From Pseudomonadota bacterium (GTDB lineage: Bacteria; UBA10199; 2-02-FULL-44-16; DYJF01): a stretch of 64,000 nucleotides of DNA. The notes beneath the pieces are model-generated. The model was not told the DNA's origin. It made no database searches and saw nothing but the letters and a program-made list of their open reading frames with translations. This document shows positions 56,043-64,000 of this stretch, one piece after another; position 1 is the stretch's first letter; every line of letters begins with the position of its first letter. The stretch covers positions 93,643-157,642 of the forward strand of contig JBDRBB010000008.1 in the NCBI GenBank assembly GCA_043823065.1. The letters run 5' to 3'. Both the position numbers and the translations under genes were made by a program.

Positions 56043-57752
56043 ATGGGCGAGTTAATCCTTAATGACATTTTAGTGATTGTTATCATAGCCATCCCTGTTG
56101 TGCTAATTGCCCATCGTCTAAACTTGCCGCCCATTGTTGGTTTTTTGCTCACTGGAATTATTATTGGTCCAGAGGGTATTGGTTTTGTCAGAGATGCTCA
56201 GCGCATTGAGCTGTTAGCTGAAGTAGGTGTGGCGCTTTTACTATTTCATATTGGTTTAGAATTCTCAGTTAGTAATTTGCGAGGTTTAAAAAGAATTGTT
56301 TTAGGCGGAGGCCTTCTTCAGGTCTCCTTCACTATTATAGCCGGAACTTTTTTTGGTGTTTTGTTGGGTTGGCATTTAACCCGCAGCATCTTTTTTGGCT
56401 GTGCTGCAGCCTTGTCCAGCACAGCTATTACCTTAAGTTTTCTTTCCCATCGTCGACGCCTAGATTCCCCTGCTGGTAGAATAACCACTGGCATTTTGAT
56501 CTTACAAGATTTGGCAATTGTACCCATGCTGGTTTTTTTGCCTTTGATTGCTGCCACCGACCTTAGCGCAGAATTAAATTGGACCTTATTATTGCCTTTT
56601 TTAAAAATAATTTTGGTTTTTGGAGTGCTCTGGATATTTTACTATTATGTTTTAGATCTATTGTTGCACCAAGTAGCTCGGGTAGGCAGCAAAGAATTGT
56701 TTGTAATAATTTTAATCGGCATGGCCATTGGTTTTGCTTGGTTTACTAAACAGCTAGGTCTTTCTTTTGCTTTGGGTGCGTTTTTAGGTGGGTTGATGAT
56801 TTCTGCCACTCCGTTTCGTTTTCATGCGCTTTCGGAAATTGCTCCTTTTAGAGCCCTGGTTAGCGGAGTATTTTTTGTTTCTGTGGGTATGTTGATCTCG
56901 CCTTCTTTTGTAATTAATCATTTGGGCCAAGTTACCGCAATTGTTTTGTTTATTGTGGTGGCTAAGACTTTGTTGACTACTGCTTCAATAATGATCTTTC
57001 GTTATCCTCTAACAATTGCCCTGGTGGTAGGCATGCTTTTAGGACAAATGGGAGAGTTTTCTTTTGTGCTGATGCAGGCTGGTTTTAAGTCAGGTATTAT
57101 TAAGAGCGAATTATTTAATCTTTTAATTGCCGCCAGTGGTTTGAGTATTGTGATTGCTCCCATCATGATGGAGCTTTCAGCTTATGTTTGTGTGATTAAA
57201 GATAAATTTTTTTCCCGCTTGCCACAAGAGAGTCCTAGAGCAGAGCCTTTCCAAGAGCCTGGTTCAGAAGAATTGGAAAATCATGCGATAATTTGTGGAT
57301 TTGGACCTTTGGGGGAAACTATTGGCCAGTTGCTGGAAAAAAGCGGGATGCATTATGTGGTGTTGGAGTTAAATCCCATGACTGCCAAGAAATTGATTAG
57401 CGCCAAGAAGAAGGCTTATGTTGGGGATGGAGCCAGTGCTGAACTTTTGTCTCACTCTAGAATTGAAAAAGCCAAAATGTTAGCTATTGCTGTTCCAGAC
57501 TACATCAATGGCCTGGCTATTGTCAGGCAGGCCAGAAGGCTAAATTCCCAAATTACTATTGTAGCCAGATCCAGATATCGCGATCAAGTTAGCGATTTTT
57601 ATGAGGTTGGCGCAGATATAGTGATTTGCGAAGAACTTGAAGCTGGTATTGAAATGGGGCGTCATGTTTTGTTGCAGCTAGGGGTGGAAGAAGAAACAGC
57701 TAACCAGTTTATTAGCGAGATCAGATCCTTTGGAAGTGCTGATTTTTTCTAG
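56043..57752 (+). CDS. CPA2-family cation:proton antiporter with a C-terminal RCK/TrkA-N domain (KefB/KefC-like)
   Basis: About 12 TM helices. Rossmann motif IICGFGPLGETIG in the C-terminal domain. Confidence 0.8.
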   Translation: MGELILNDILVIVIIAIPVVLIAHRLNLPPIVGFLLTGIIIGPEGIGFVRDAQRIELLAEVGVALLLFHIGLEFSVSNLRGLKRIVLGGGLLQVSFTIIAGTFFGVLLGWHLTRSIFFGCAAALSSTAITLSFLSHRRRLDSPAGRITTGILILQDLAIVPMLVFLPLIAATDLSAELNWTLLLPFLKIILVFGVLWIFYYYVLDLLLHQVARVGSKELFVIILIGMAIGFAWFTKQLGLSFALGAFLGGLMISATPFRFHALSEIAPFRALVSGVFFVSVGMLISPSFVINHLGQVTAIVLFIVVAKTLLTTASIMIFRYPLTIALVVGMLLGQMGEFSFVLMQAGFKSGIIKSELFNLLIAASGLSIVIAPIMMELSAYVCVIKDKFFSRLPQESPRAEPFQEPGSEELENHAIICGFGPLGETIGQLLEKSGMHYVVLELNPMTAKKLISAKKKAYVGDGASAELLSHSRIEKAKMLAIAVPDYINGLAIVRQARRLNSQITIVARSRYRDQVSDFYEVGADIVICEELEAGIEMGRHVLLQLGVEEETANQFISEIRSFGSADFF

Positions 57753-57830
57753 ACAAATGCCCTTTACAACTATTTTGGGACAATGTTATGAAGCCATTCT
57801 GGTTGTCAAATAACCACAACAGGAGGACAT

Positions 57831-59087
57831 ATGCCAGAAGAAAATCTTAATCCATTTGCTATAGCTCAGCAGCAACTTGATGAAGCTGCAAAAATTTTAG
57901 GGTTAGATGCAGGCACTCATGCAGCGCTTAGAGAACCAATGCGCGAGTTGCATGTTAGTTTGCCTGTGCGCATGGATGATGGCACAACCAAGGTTTTTAA
58001 AGGGTTTCGTGTGCAATATAATGATGCTCGTGGCCCCACTAAAGGTGGTCTTCGTTTTCATCCTGAAGAAACAATTGATACAGTGCGTGCTTTAGCAGCT
58101 TGGATGACCTGGAAAACTGCAGTGGTTGATATCCCCTTGGGTGGTGGTAAAGGTGGAATAGTTTGCAATCCTAAGGAGATGAGCCCAACAGAACTGGAAA
58201 GGCTTAGCAGACAATATGTTAGGCAGGTAGGTAGAATTTTGGGTATTGAAAAAGATTGCCCAGCACCAGATGTCTATACCACACCTCAAATCATGGCCTG
58301 GATGATGGATGAATTTTATTGGCAGAAAGGTTATAACGCGCCAGGCGTAATTACGGGCAAACCTTTGGCAGTAGGTGGTTCAAAAGGGCGCAGTGATGCC
58401 ACAGCTAGAGGTGGAGTATATTGTGTGCGCGAAGCAGCCAAGCGCTTAGATCTTGATCCTAAAAAAGCCAGGTTTGCAGTGCAAGGCTTTGGCAATGCTG
58501 GTCAATATGCAGCAACTTTGATGGACGAAATTTTAGGCGCAAAAAATTTAGTAGCTGTTTCTGATTCCAAAGGCGGAATTTATAATCCAAAAGGAATTGA
58601 GGCAAAAGAAATTGTAAAATATAAATTGGAAACAGGCAGTGTGGCTGATTTTCCAGGGAGCAAGCCAATTACCAACCAGGAGTTGTTAGAATTGGATGTT
58701 GATATTTTATTTCCTTCAGCTTTAGAAAACGTTATCACTGCTAAAAATGCTGCTAATATTAAAGCCAAGATTATTGCTGAACTAGCTAATGGCCCAACTA
58801 CTCCTGAAGCTGATGAAATCCTCTATAAGAATAAGGTTTTTGTGATTCCAGATTTTTTGTGCAATGCTGGCGGAGTGACTGTTTCTTATTTTGAAATGGT
58901 GCAAAATAGTTATAACTTTTTCTGGGAGCTGCCTGAAGTGCATGCTCGTTTAGATCAAAAAATGACCCATGCTTTTAATGGTGTGTATGAAATGCATGAT
59001 CAGCACAAAGTGCATATGCGCTCAGCTGCCTATTTGGTTGCAGTGCAACGAGTGGCAGAAGCCATGAGATTTAGAGGTTGGGTATAA
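57831..59087 (+). CDS. gdhA: Glutamate dehydrogenase
   Basis: KGGLRFHP motif and the catalytic Lys loop PLGGGKGGIVCNP. 418 aa. Confidence 0.9.
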   Translation: MPEENLNPFAIAQQQLDEAAKILGLDAGTHAALREPMRELHVSLPVRMDDGTTKVFKGFRVQYNDARGPTKGGLRFHPEETIDTVRALAAWMTWKTAVVDIPLGGGKGGIVCNPKEMSPTELERLSRQYVRQVGRILGIEKDCPAPDVYTTPQIMAWMMDEFYWQKGYNAPGVITGKPLAVGGSKGRSDATARGGVYCVREAAKRLDLDPKKARFAVQGFGNAGQYAATLMDEILGAKNLVAVSDSKGGIYNPKGIEAKEIVKYKLETGSVADFPGSKPITNQELLELDVDILFPSALENVITAKNAANIKAKIIAELANGPTTPEADEILYKNKVFVIPDFLCNAGGVTVSYFEMVQNSYNFFWELPEVHARLDQKMTHAFNGVYEMHDQHKVHMRSAAYLVAVQRVAEAMRFRGWV

Positions 59088-59091
59088 ACTT

Positions 59092-60849
59092 ATGGATGTT
59101 TTAGCAGGTGGAGAAATTGGTGGTAAGACCAAGGGGTTTATCAAGGCCAGAGATGTTTTAACTTCTGAAGAATTTAAAACAGAAAATTCTTATGAGGCGG
59201 GGCTAATTAGGTTTCCCGCCTCGTTTTGTGTTGGCACCAATGGTTATGTCAATTTTATTAAGCGCAATGGTTTGGAAAAATTGATAGCACGTTATCGCCA
59301 AGCTCCAAATGACAAAAATTACGAGAAGTTTAAAAAACATTTTTTGCAGGGCACGTTTGCTGGCGACTTTGTGCAAGAGATTTCGAACCTCATAGATAAT
59401 TTACTCTATCCCTTGGCTGTGCGTTCATCTTCTTTACTGGAAGATCAGCCAGGAACTTCTTTTGCCGGTAAATACGACACAGTTTTTATCAGTAATCGAG
59501 GAGAAAAAGATGAAAGGGTATCACAAATTCTAACAGCTATTAAAGAAGTCTATGCCAGCACCTTTAATCCAAGCGCTGTGGAATACAGAACCAAACACAA
59601 TCTTACAGTGGATAATGAAAAAATGGCCATTCTTTTGCAGGAAGCAATTGGCAGAGAATATAAAGGTTACTTTTTTCCTTTAATGGCTGGGGTTGGTTTT
59701 TCTAAAAATGATTATTGTTGGAGCAAAGAAATTAATAAAGATGATGGTTTGGTGAGGTTGGTTTTTGGTTTAGGCACCAGGGCTGTGGGTAGAGGATATG
59801 CCAGACTATTTTCACCTCCTAAACCACTTATTCGTCCAGAAGGCAATGCAGTGCGGGAAATTGATAAATTTTCTCAAGCAACTATGGACGCCTTAGACTT
59901 GACTGAAAACGAAATCGTTTCCTTTCATTTTTCTAAAGTAGTGAAAAATGGCCTGGATTGTTATCCTAGATCCCAAAAACTTTTTTCCCTGCGCGATGGC
60001 GCTCATTTATATAATCCAGTGACCGATATTTGGGATGAAAAACACAAGCCATTGCTCACGTTTGATCCAGTCTTGGTTAAACCCTGGTGTGATCTGCACT
60101 TGCCAACTATGGCAGAAAAGGTTTTTAAGGCATTAGAAAAACATTTTGGCTGTCCAGTGGATATTGAGTTTGCGGTGCGGGTTGATGATGACACAAATCA
60201 GGCCCATTTTTATATGTTGCAAGCCAGGCCTTTAAGCCAGCGTGAGGTAATGGCTCCAAGACGAATTCCAAAAAATATACCCCTGGAAGACCAGATTTTT
60301 ACAGCGCATAAAAATGTGCCATCTGGCATCATCAAAAATATTGAATATATTGTTTATGTTGATTCTTTTGCCTATGATAAATGGCCAATTAACGATCGTT
60401 TTCAGGTGGCGCGAATTGTTGGCCAGATAAATCGACTTTTGGAAGGCAAGATTTTTATCTTAATGGGTCCTGGTAGATGGGGGTCTCAAAAAGTTGATTT
60501 AGGTGTACCCACCAGATATTCAGAAATCTCAAATTGTTCTATGCTAGTGGAAATTGCGCGCAGTACTGAAGAATATGTGCCAGAAGTGTCTTTTGGTACC
60601 CATTTTTTTCAGGATTTGATTGAGGATCAAATAATTTATGCACCACTTTATCCAGATGAACCAGAAGTTGTTTTTAATGAAGCATTTTTGAAAAAACAAA
60701 ATGATCTTAAAAAACTTTTGGGTGATCATTATGATTCTTCTTATGAAAATTTAATCTATGTTGCACATATTCCAGATATTGCTAATGGTCGGTTTGCCAG
60801 GGCCGTCCTCAACGGCATAAAAGAAAAAGCATTAGTTTATTTACAATAA
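59092..60849 (+). CDS. Stand-alone PEP/pyruvate-binding (PPDK_N-like ATP-grasp) domain protein, function unknown
   Basis: LAVRSSSLLEDQPGTSFAGKYDTVFI matches the PPDK_N signature (VAVRSSAxxEDxxxASFAGQ). No phospho-His or PEP-utilizer domains evident. Confidence 0.55.
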   Translation: MDVLAGGEIGGKTKGFIKARDVLTSEEFKTENSYEAGLIRFPASFCVGTNGYVNFIKRNGLEKLIARYRQAPNDKNYEKFKKHFLQGTFAGDFVQEISNLIDNLLYPLAVRSSSLLEDQPGTSFAGKYDTVFISNRGEKDERVSQILTAIKEVYASTFNPSAVEYRTKHNLTVDNEKMAILLQEAIGREYKGYFFPLMAGVGFSKNDYCWSKEINKDDGLVRLVFGLGTRAVGRGYARLFSPPKPLIRPEGNAVREIDKFSQATMDALDLTENEIVSFHFSKVVKNGLDCYPRSQKLFSLRDGAHLYNPVTDIWDEKHKPLLTFDPVLVKPWCDLHLPTMAEKVFKALEKHFGCPVDIEFAVRVDDDTNQAHFYMLQARPLSQREVMAPRRIPKNIPLEDQIFTAHKNVPSGIIKNIEYIVYVDSFAYDKWPINDRFQVARIVGQINRLLEGKIFILMGPGRWGSQKVDLGVPTRYSEISNCSMLVEIARSTEEYVPEVSFGTHFFQDLIEDQIIYAPLYPDEPEVVFNEAFLKKQNDLKKLLGDHYDSSYENLIYVAHIPDIANGRFARAVLNGIKEKALVYLQ

Positions 60850-60851
60850 TT

Positions 60852-61901
60852 ATGAACGAAAAGCTATCTACAAGAGATCAGGAGATTTTAGAAATCCTGA
60901 TTGCTGATTATATTGCAACTGCTTTGCCGGTTGGCTCCAGAACTATTTCTAAAAAACATGGAGTGCACTATTCAGCAGCAACAATTAGAAGCGTTCTGGC
61001 GGAACTAGAGGAGATGGGTTTGTTAAAACAGCCGCATACATCTGCGGGCAGAATACCTACAGCTTATGGCTTGCGCTATTATGTTAACACGCTTTTAAAA
61101 TGCAGAAATTTAACTCTTGAAGAGCAAGAAAGTCTGAAGAAAAAATATCTTGCTTCAAAGGGATTGGGGATGGAGGCGGTTTTAGATCGTACTTCTCAGA
61201 CGCTTTCTGCTATTTCAAATTATGTGGGTTTGGTAACCTCTGCCTCTAAAAATCAGGTTGTTTTTAAACAGATTCAATTTGTATTACTTTCTAAAAAAAG
61301 AATTTTAGGAATTTTTGTTTCTCAAGAAGGTTTGGTGCAGAATAAGCTAATTGAAGTTAATAATGATTTGAATTATGCTGATTTGGAAAAAATTAATAAT
61401 TATGTTAATAATGCTTTCTTGGGTTTAACTATAGAACAAGCAAAAAAGAAAATCGGCAAAGAATTGGCAGAAATAAAAAAAGATTATGATCAGTTGCTAA
61501 GCCAAGCCATGCTTTTTTCTCAAGAATTATTTGCTGCTGCAGGCGATGCACACCTGGTTTTTGATGGTGAGGCGCATTTGGTTGGGGAACCAGAATTTTC
61601 AAAAGTGGAACAACTTAAAAATATTTTGGAAATGTTGCGAGAAAAAGAACTGGTGCTAAGTATTTTAGAAGGATCGCAAAAATCAGAAGGAGTCCAAATA
61701 TTTATTGGCGCAGAATCTGATTTAAATAGCGCCCCTAATTATCGTGTAGCCATGGAGAAGGTAAGTGTGGTTTCAGCTCCATTTAAAAAGGATGGACGTG
61801 TTTTAGGTTACTTAGGAGTTATAGGTCCCATGCGCATGGATTATTCCAGGGTCATACCTGTGGTGGATTTTACCGCTAAAATACTGGAGGATATCTTATG
61901 A
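60852..61901 (+). CDS. hrcA: Heat-inducible transcription repressor HrcA
   Basis: N-terminal wHTH LPVGSRTISKKHGVHYSAATIRSVLAELEEMGLL. Followed by grpE with an ATGA overlap. Confidence 0.9.
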   Translation: MNEKLSTRDQEILEILIADYIATALPVGSRTISKKHGVHYSAATIRSVLAELEEMGLLKQPHTSAGRIPTAYGLRYYVNTLLKCRNLTLEEQESLKKKYLASKGLGMEAVLDRTSQTLSAISNYVGLVTSASKNQVVFKQIQFVLLSKKRILGIFVSQEGLVQNKLIEVNNDLNYADLEKINNYVNNAFLGLTIEQAKKKIGKELAEIKKDYDQLLSQAMLFSQELFAAAGDAHLVFDGEAHLVGEPEFSKVEQLKNILEMLREKELVLSILEGSQKSEGVQIFIGAESDLNSAPNYRVAMEKVSVVSAPFKKDGRVLGYLGVIGPMRMDYSRVIPVVDFTAKILEDIL

Positions 61902-62488
61902 CCAAAAAGCCAACAAATAAGGTAGATGAATTAAGGGAAGTTCTGCAAGGCAGAAAACAGGTTGAAAAAGCCAAGGAATATCCTGAAAAAAATGAGCAAA
62001 CAGAACCGGAAATAGAAAATTTAAGGCAAAAGCTTAAAGCTACAGAAGAAAAAGCCCAAAAAAATCATGAACAGCTTTTGCGAGTTATGGCAGAATTTGA
62101 AAATTATAAAAAACGAACTGCTAAAGAAAAAACAGAGCAGATAAAGTTTGCCAATGAAAAACTGGTGCAGGAATTATTGCCAATAGTAGATGATTTGGAG
62201 CGCGTTTCTCACCATGTTTCTGAGGATTCATCTGAAGAAGCTAAAAATATTATGCAAGGTGTGGGTATGGTGGAAAAAAGCTTGCTTAAAATTTTAAAGC
62301 ATTTTGGTTTGCATGAAATTCACGCCAAAGGATCTCATTTTGATCCAAATCTTCATGAGGCCTTGTGCTGTCAAACAGCACAAGATGTTGAGGATGATAC
62401 AGTGCTAGCTGTGCATCGCAAAGGATATAAATTGGGAGATCGGGTAATTAGAGCGGCCCAAGTGACAGTGGCCAAAAAACAAGCTTAG
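61898..62488 (+). CDS. grpE: Nucleotide exchange factor GrpE
   Basis: Motifs RVMAEFENYKKR and LPIVDDLER. Confidence 0.9.
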   Translation: MTKKPTNKVDELREVLQGRKQVEKAKEYPEKNEQTEPEIENLRQKLKATEEKAQKNHEQLLRVMAEFENYKKRTAKEKTEQIKFANEKLVQELLPIVDDLERVSHHVSEDSSEEAKNIMQGVGMVEKSLLKILKHFGLHEIHAKGSHFDPNLHEALCCQTAQDVEDDTVLAVHRKGYKLGDRVIRAAQVTVAKKQA

Positions 62489-62489
62489 T

Positions 62490-64000
62490 ATGATAAAACG
62501 ATATTTAATCATCTTTTTATTACTAGTTTTAACAGCTTGCGCCAAGGCGCCCATACTTGCCAAGTATCCCACTTCTGTTACGCCGGAAATTCAAAAAGCT
62601 TATAACGAAGCGCAGTCTCTGGTGGCCGCAAAAAAATACAAGCAAGCCAAAGCAGCTTATCAAAATTTTATTACGATTCATGGTTATAATGCCTTAACTG
62701 ATAAGGCTTATTTTCAGTTAGGTGAAATAGATTTTTTATATGCTGATTTTCGGGCTGCCTTAAATAATTATCAGCAAGCTTATGCCAGAACATATTCTGC
62801 GGAAGTTGTGCCTAGGGCCAGGTTTAAGGCTGCTTTTTGTTTATATCGTTTGACTCAATTGCAAAAAGCAACTCAAGAGTTAAATCAAATTCAAAGACAA
62901 GATGCCTCGCCAGTTTTGCGAACCAGGATAGATTCTTTGGCTGTGATTATTTCCAAGCAGGCTGGTGAATCTCAAGCAGAGCGGATTAAGTGGTATTTGT
63001 ATTTAGTAGATGATTATGCCCAACTAGATGCAGGTCGCCATATATTAAAAAATCTGCAAGATATTGTGTCTGAAACAGAAACCATGGAAGCAGTGAATAA
63101 TTGGGTAAATAATGATTTAATTGATTCTGCCCAAGTGCGTAAATTGCCATTGGCGGAATTTAAGGGTAAACGTTCTGGTGGTTATGCGTTGTTCAAATTA
63201 GGCAAGGCCCTAAACAAAGAAGGCCAGTTTGAAGAATCTAGTCGGGAACTTAAAGCCTATACTTTTGCCTATCCCAAACATGAATATTATCAAGAAGCAG
63301 TGGCTTTATTAAGTGAAGTAAAGGGCAGAAGCGGACAGGTCAAAGCCAAAGTAGGAGTGATTTTGCCGTTAAGTGGTAAATATGCGGTTTATGGTGAATC
63401 AGTTTTACACGGTATTGAATGTGCAGTTGGAGTTTATGCTCCTTGCCAAAAAGATGCAGATATTCAACTTATCATTCAGGACACAGCAGGCGAAGCCAGT
63501 CGTGCGGCCAGCGATGTTGAGGAATTGGCCAATCAGGGTGTAATTGCCATTATTGGACCGTTGCTTTCAGCTACAGCTGCCGAAGCAGCTAAGAAAGCCC
63601 AGCAAATAGGAATTCCTTTAATTACTGTTTCCCAGCGTCCAGGTGTTTCTTTGTTGGGAGATTATATCTTTCGCAACACTGTGACTGCAACTTCTCAAGT
63701 GGCTGCAGTTACAGAATATGCAAAACTTCGAGGTTTAGATAAATTTCTGTTGCTTTATCCTCGCACCAAAAAAGGGGAGGAATATAAAAAATTATTTGAA
63801 CAAAGGGTCTTGGATGAAGGGGGAAAAGTGGTTGCAGCCTATCCTTATAATTCAAGCCATGTGGAATTGGCTACAGATCTGATGAGTATGCCTTTTAAGA
63901 AAGAACGCGGCATACCTTTTTACAACGCAATCTTTATTCCAGATTCTTTTTCAATTGTGGCTTATTTAATTCCCATGTTGAATTCCTTGGGTGTGGAGAA
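62490..64000 (+). CDS. LpoA-like lipoprotein: N-terminal TPR-like helical domain plus C-terminal periplasmic-binding-protein type I fold (3' partial)
   Basis: Open frame to the window end. Lipobox LLVLTACAK. C-terminal region KVGVILPLSGKYAVYGESVLHGIECAV resembles LivK-type PBPs, as in LpoA. Confidence 0.45.
   Translation, partial: MIKRYLIIFLLLVLTACAKAPILAKYPTSVTPEIQKAYNEAQSLVAAKKYKQAKAAYQNFITIHGYNALTDKAYFQLGEIDFLYADFRAALNNYQQAYARTYSAEVVPRARFKAAFCLYRLTQLQKATQELNQIQRQDASPVLRTRIDSLAVIISKQAGESQAERIKWYLYLVDDYAQLDAGRHILKNLQDIVSETETMEAVNNWVNNDLIDSAQVRKLPLAEFKGKRSGGYALFKLGKALNKEGQFEESSRELKAYTFAYPKHEYYQEAVALLSEVKGRSGQVKAKVGVILPLSGKYAVYGESVLHGIECAVGVYAPCQKDADIQLIIQDTAGEASRAASDVEELANQGVIAIIGPLLSATAAEAAKKAQQIGIPLITVSQRPGVSLLGDYIFRNTVTATSQVAAVTEYAKLRGLDKFLLLYPRTKKGEEYKKLFEQRVLDEGGKVVAAYPYNSSHVELATDLMSMPFKKERGIPFYNAIFIPDSFSIVAYLIPMLNSLGVE

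Noticed and set aside
1-64000. rRNA genes, prophage structural genes, CRISPR-cas, toxin-antitoxin pairs
   Set aside because: No sequence in the window showed the corresponding hallmarks: no 16S/23S conserved blocks, no capsid, terminase or integrase motifs, and no cas signatures.

Overview
This is a low-GC (about 38-40%) bacterial chromosomal segment with Gram-negative-type envelope genes: a partial outer-membrane beta-barrel, a type IV pilin, a SurA/PrsA-like PPIase, MltG and an LpoA-like lipoprotein. It has heavy sigma-54-type signalling content. About 85 features are annotated. Housekeeping blocks are well supported: gap-pgk-tpiA-secG-tRNA-Leu, mnmE, folC, queA, ruvX-mltG, gdhA, hrcA-grpE, glgP, rluD-like, thiD and an ABC-F ATPase. 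Between about 4.9 kb and 22.3 kb lies an accessory-looking stretch. It contains a metallo-beta-lactamase-fold gene translationally coupled to a PAS histidine kinase, bracketed by identical 31-bp direct repeats. It also holds several Gly/Ser-linker lipoproteins (Kelch, C45 Ntn-hydrolase-like and unknown ones) and an ars-like operon (DUF134, DUF318 permease, arsC, TauE). Two short repeat families occur there: a 42-57 bp family whose copies bracket a COG1373 AAA+ ATPase gene next to tRNA-His, and a 40-bp family built around the palindrome CATTGCAATG with a variable T/G homopolymer tract. A decayed fragment of a second glgP copy is also present. Elsewhere I see a family of REP-like hairpins with TGTCAT...ATGACA ends (at least four copies), and an IS200/RAYT-like HuH transposase whose left boundary carries a REP half-site and which is flanked by 12-bp inverted repeats. 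The most system-like locus is 37.4-45.0 kb. It encodes a PAS histidine kinase, three tandem sigma-54 enhancer-binding response regulators (the third lacks the phospho-acceptor Asp) and a sigma-factor-less partner-switching module (STAS, RsbW-like kinase, GAF-PP2C phosphatase). All calls rest on motif recognition by eye; no database searches were run.
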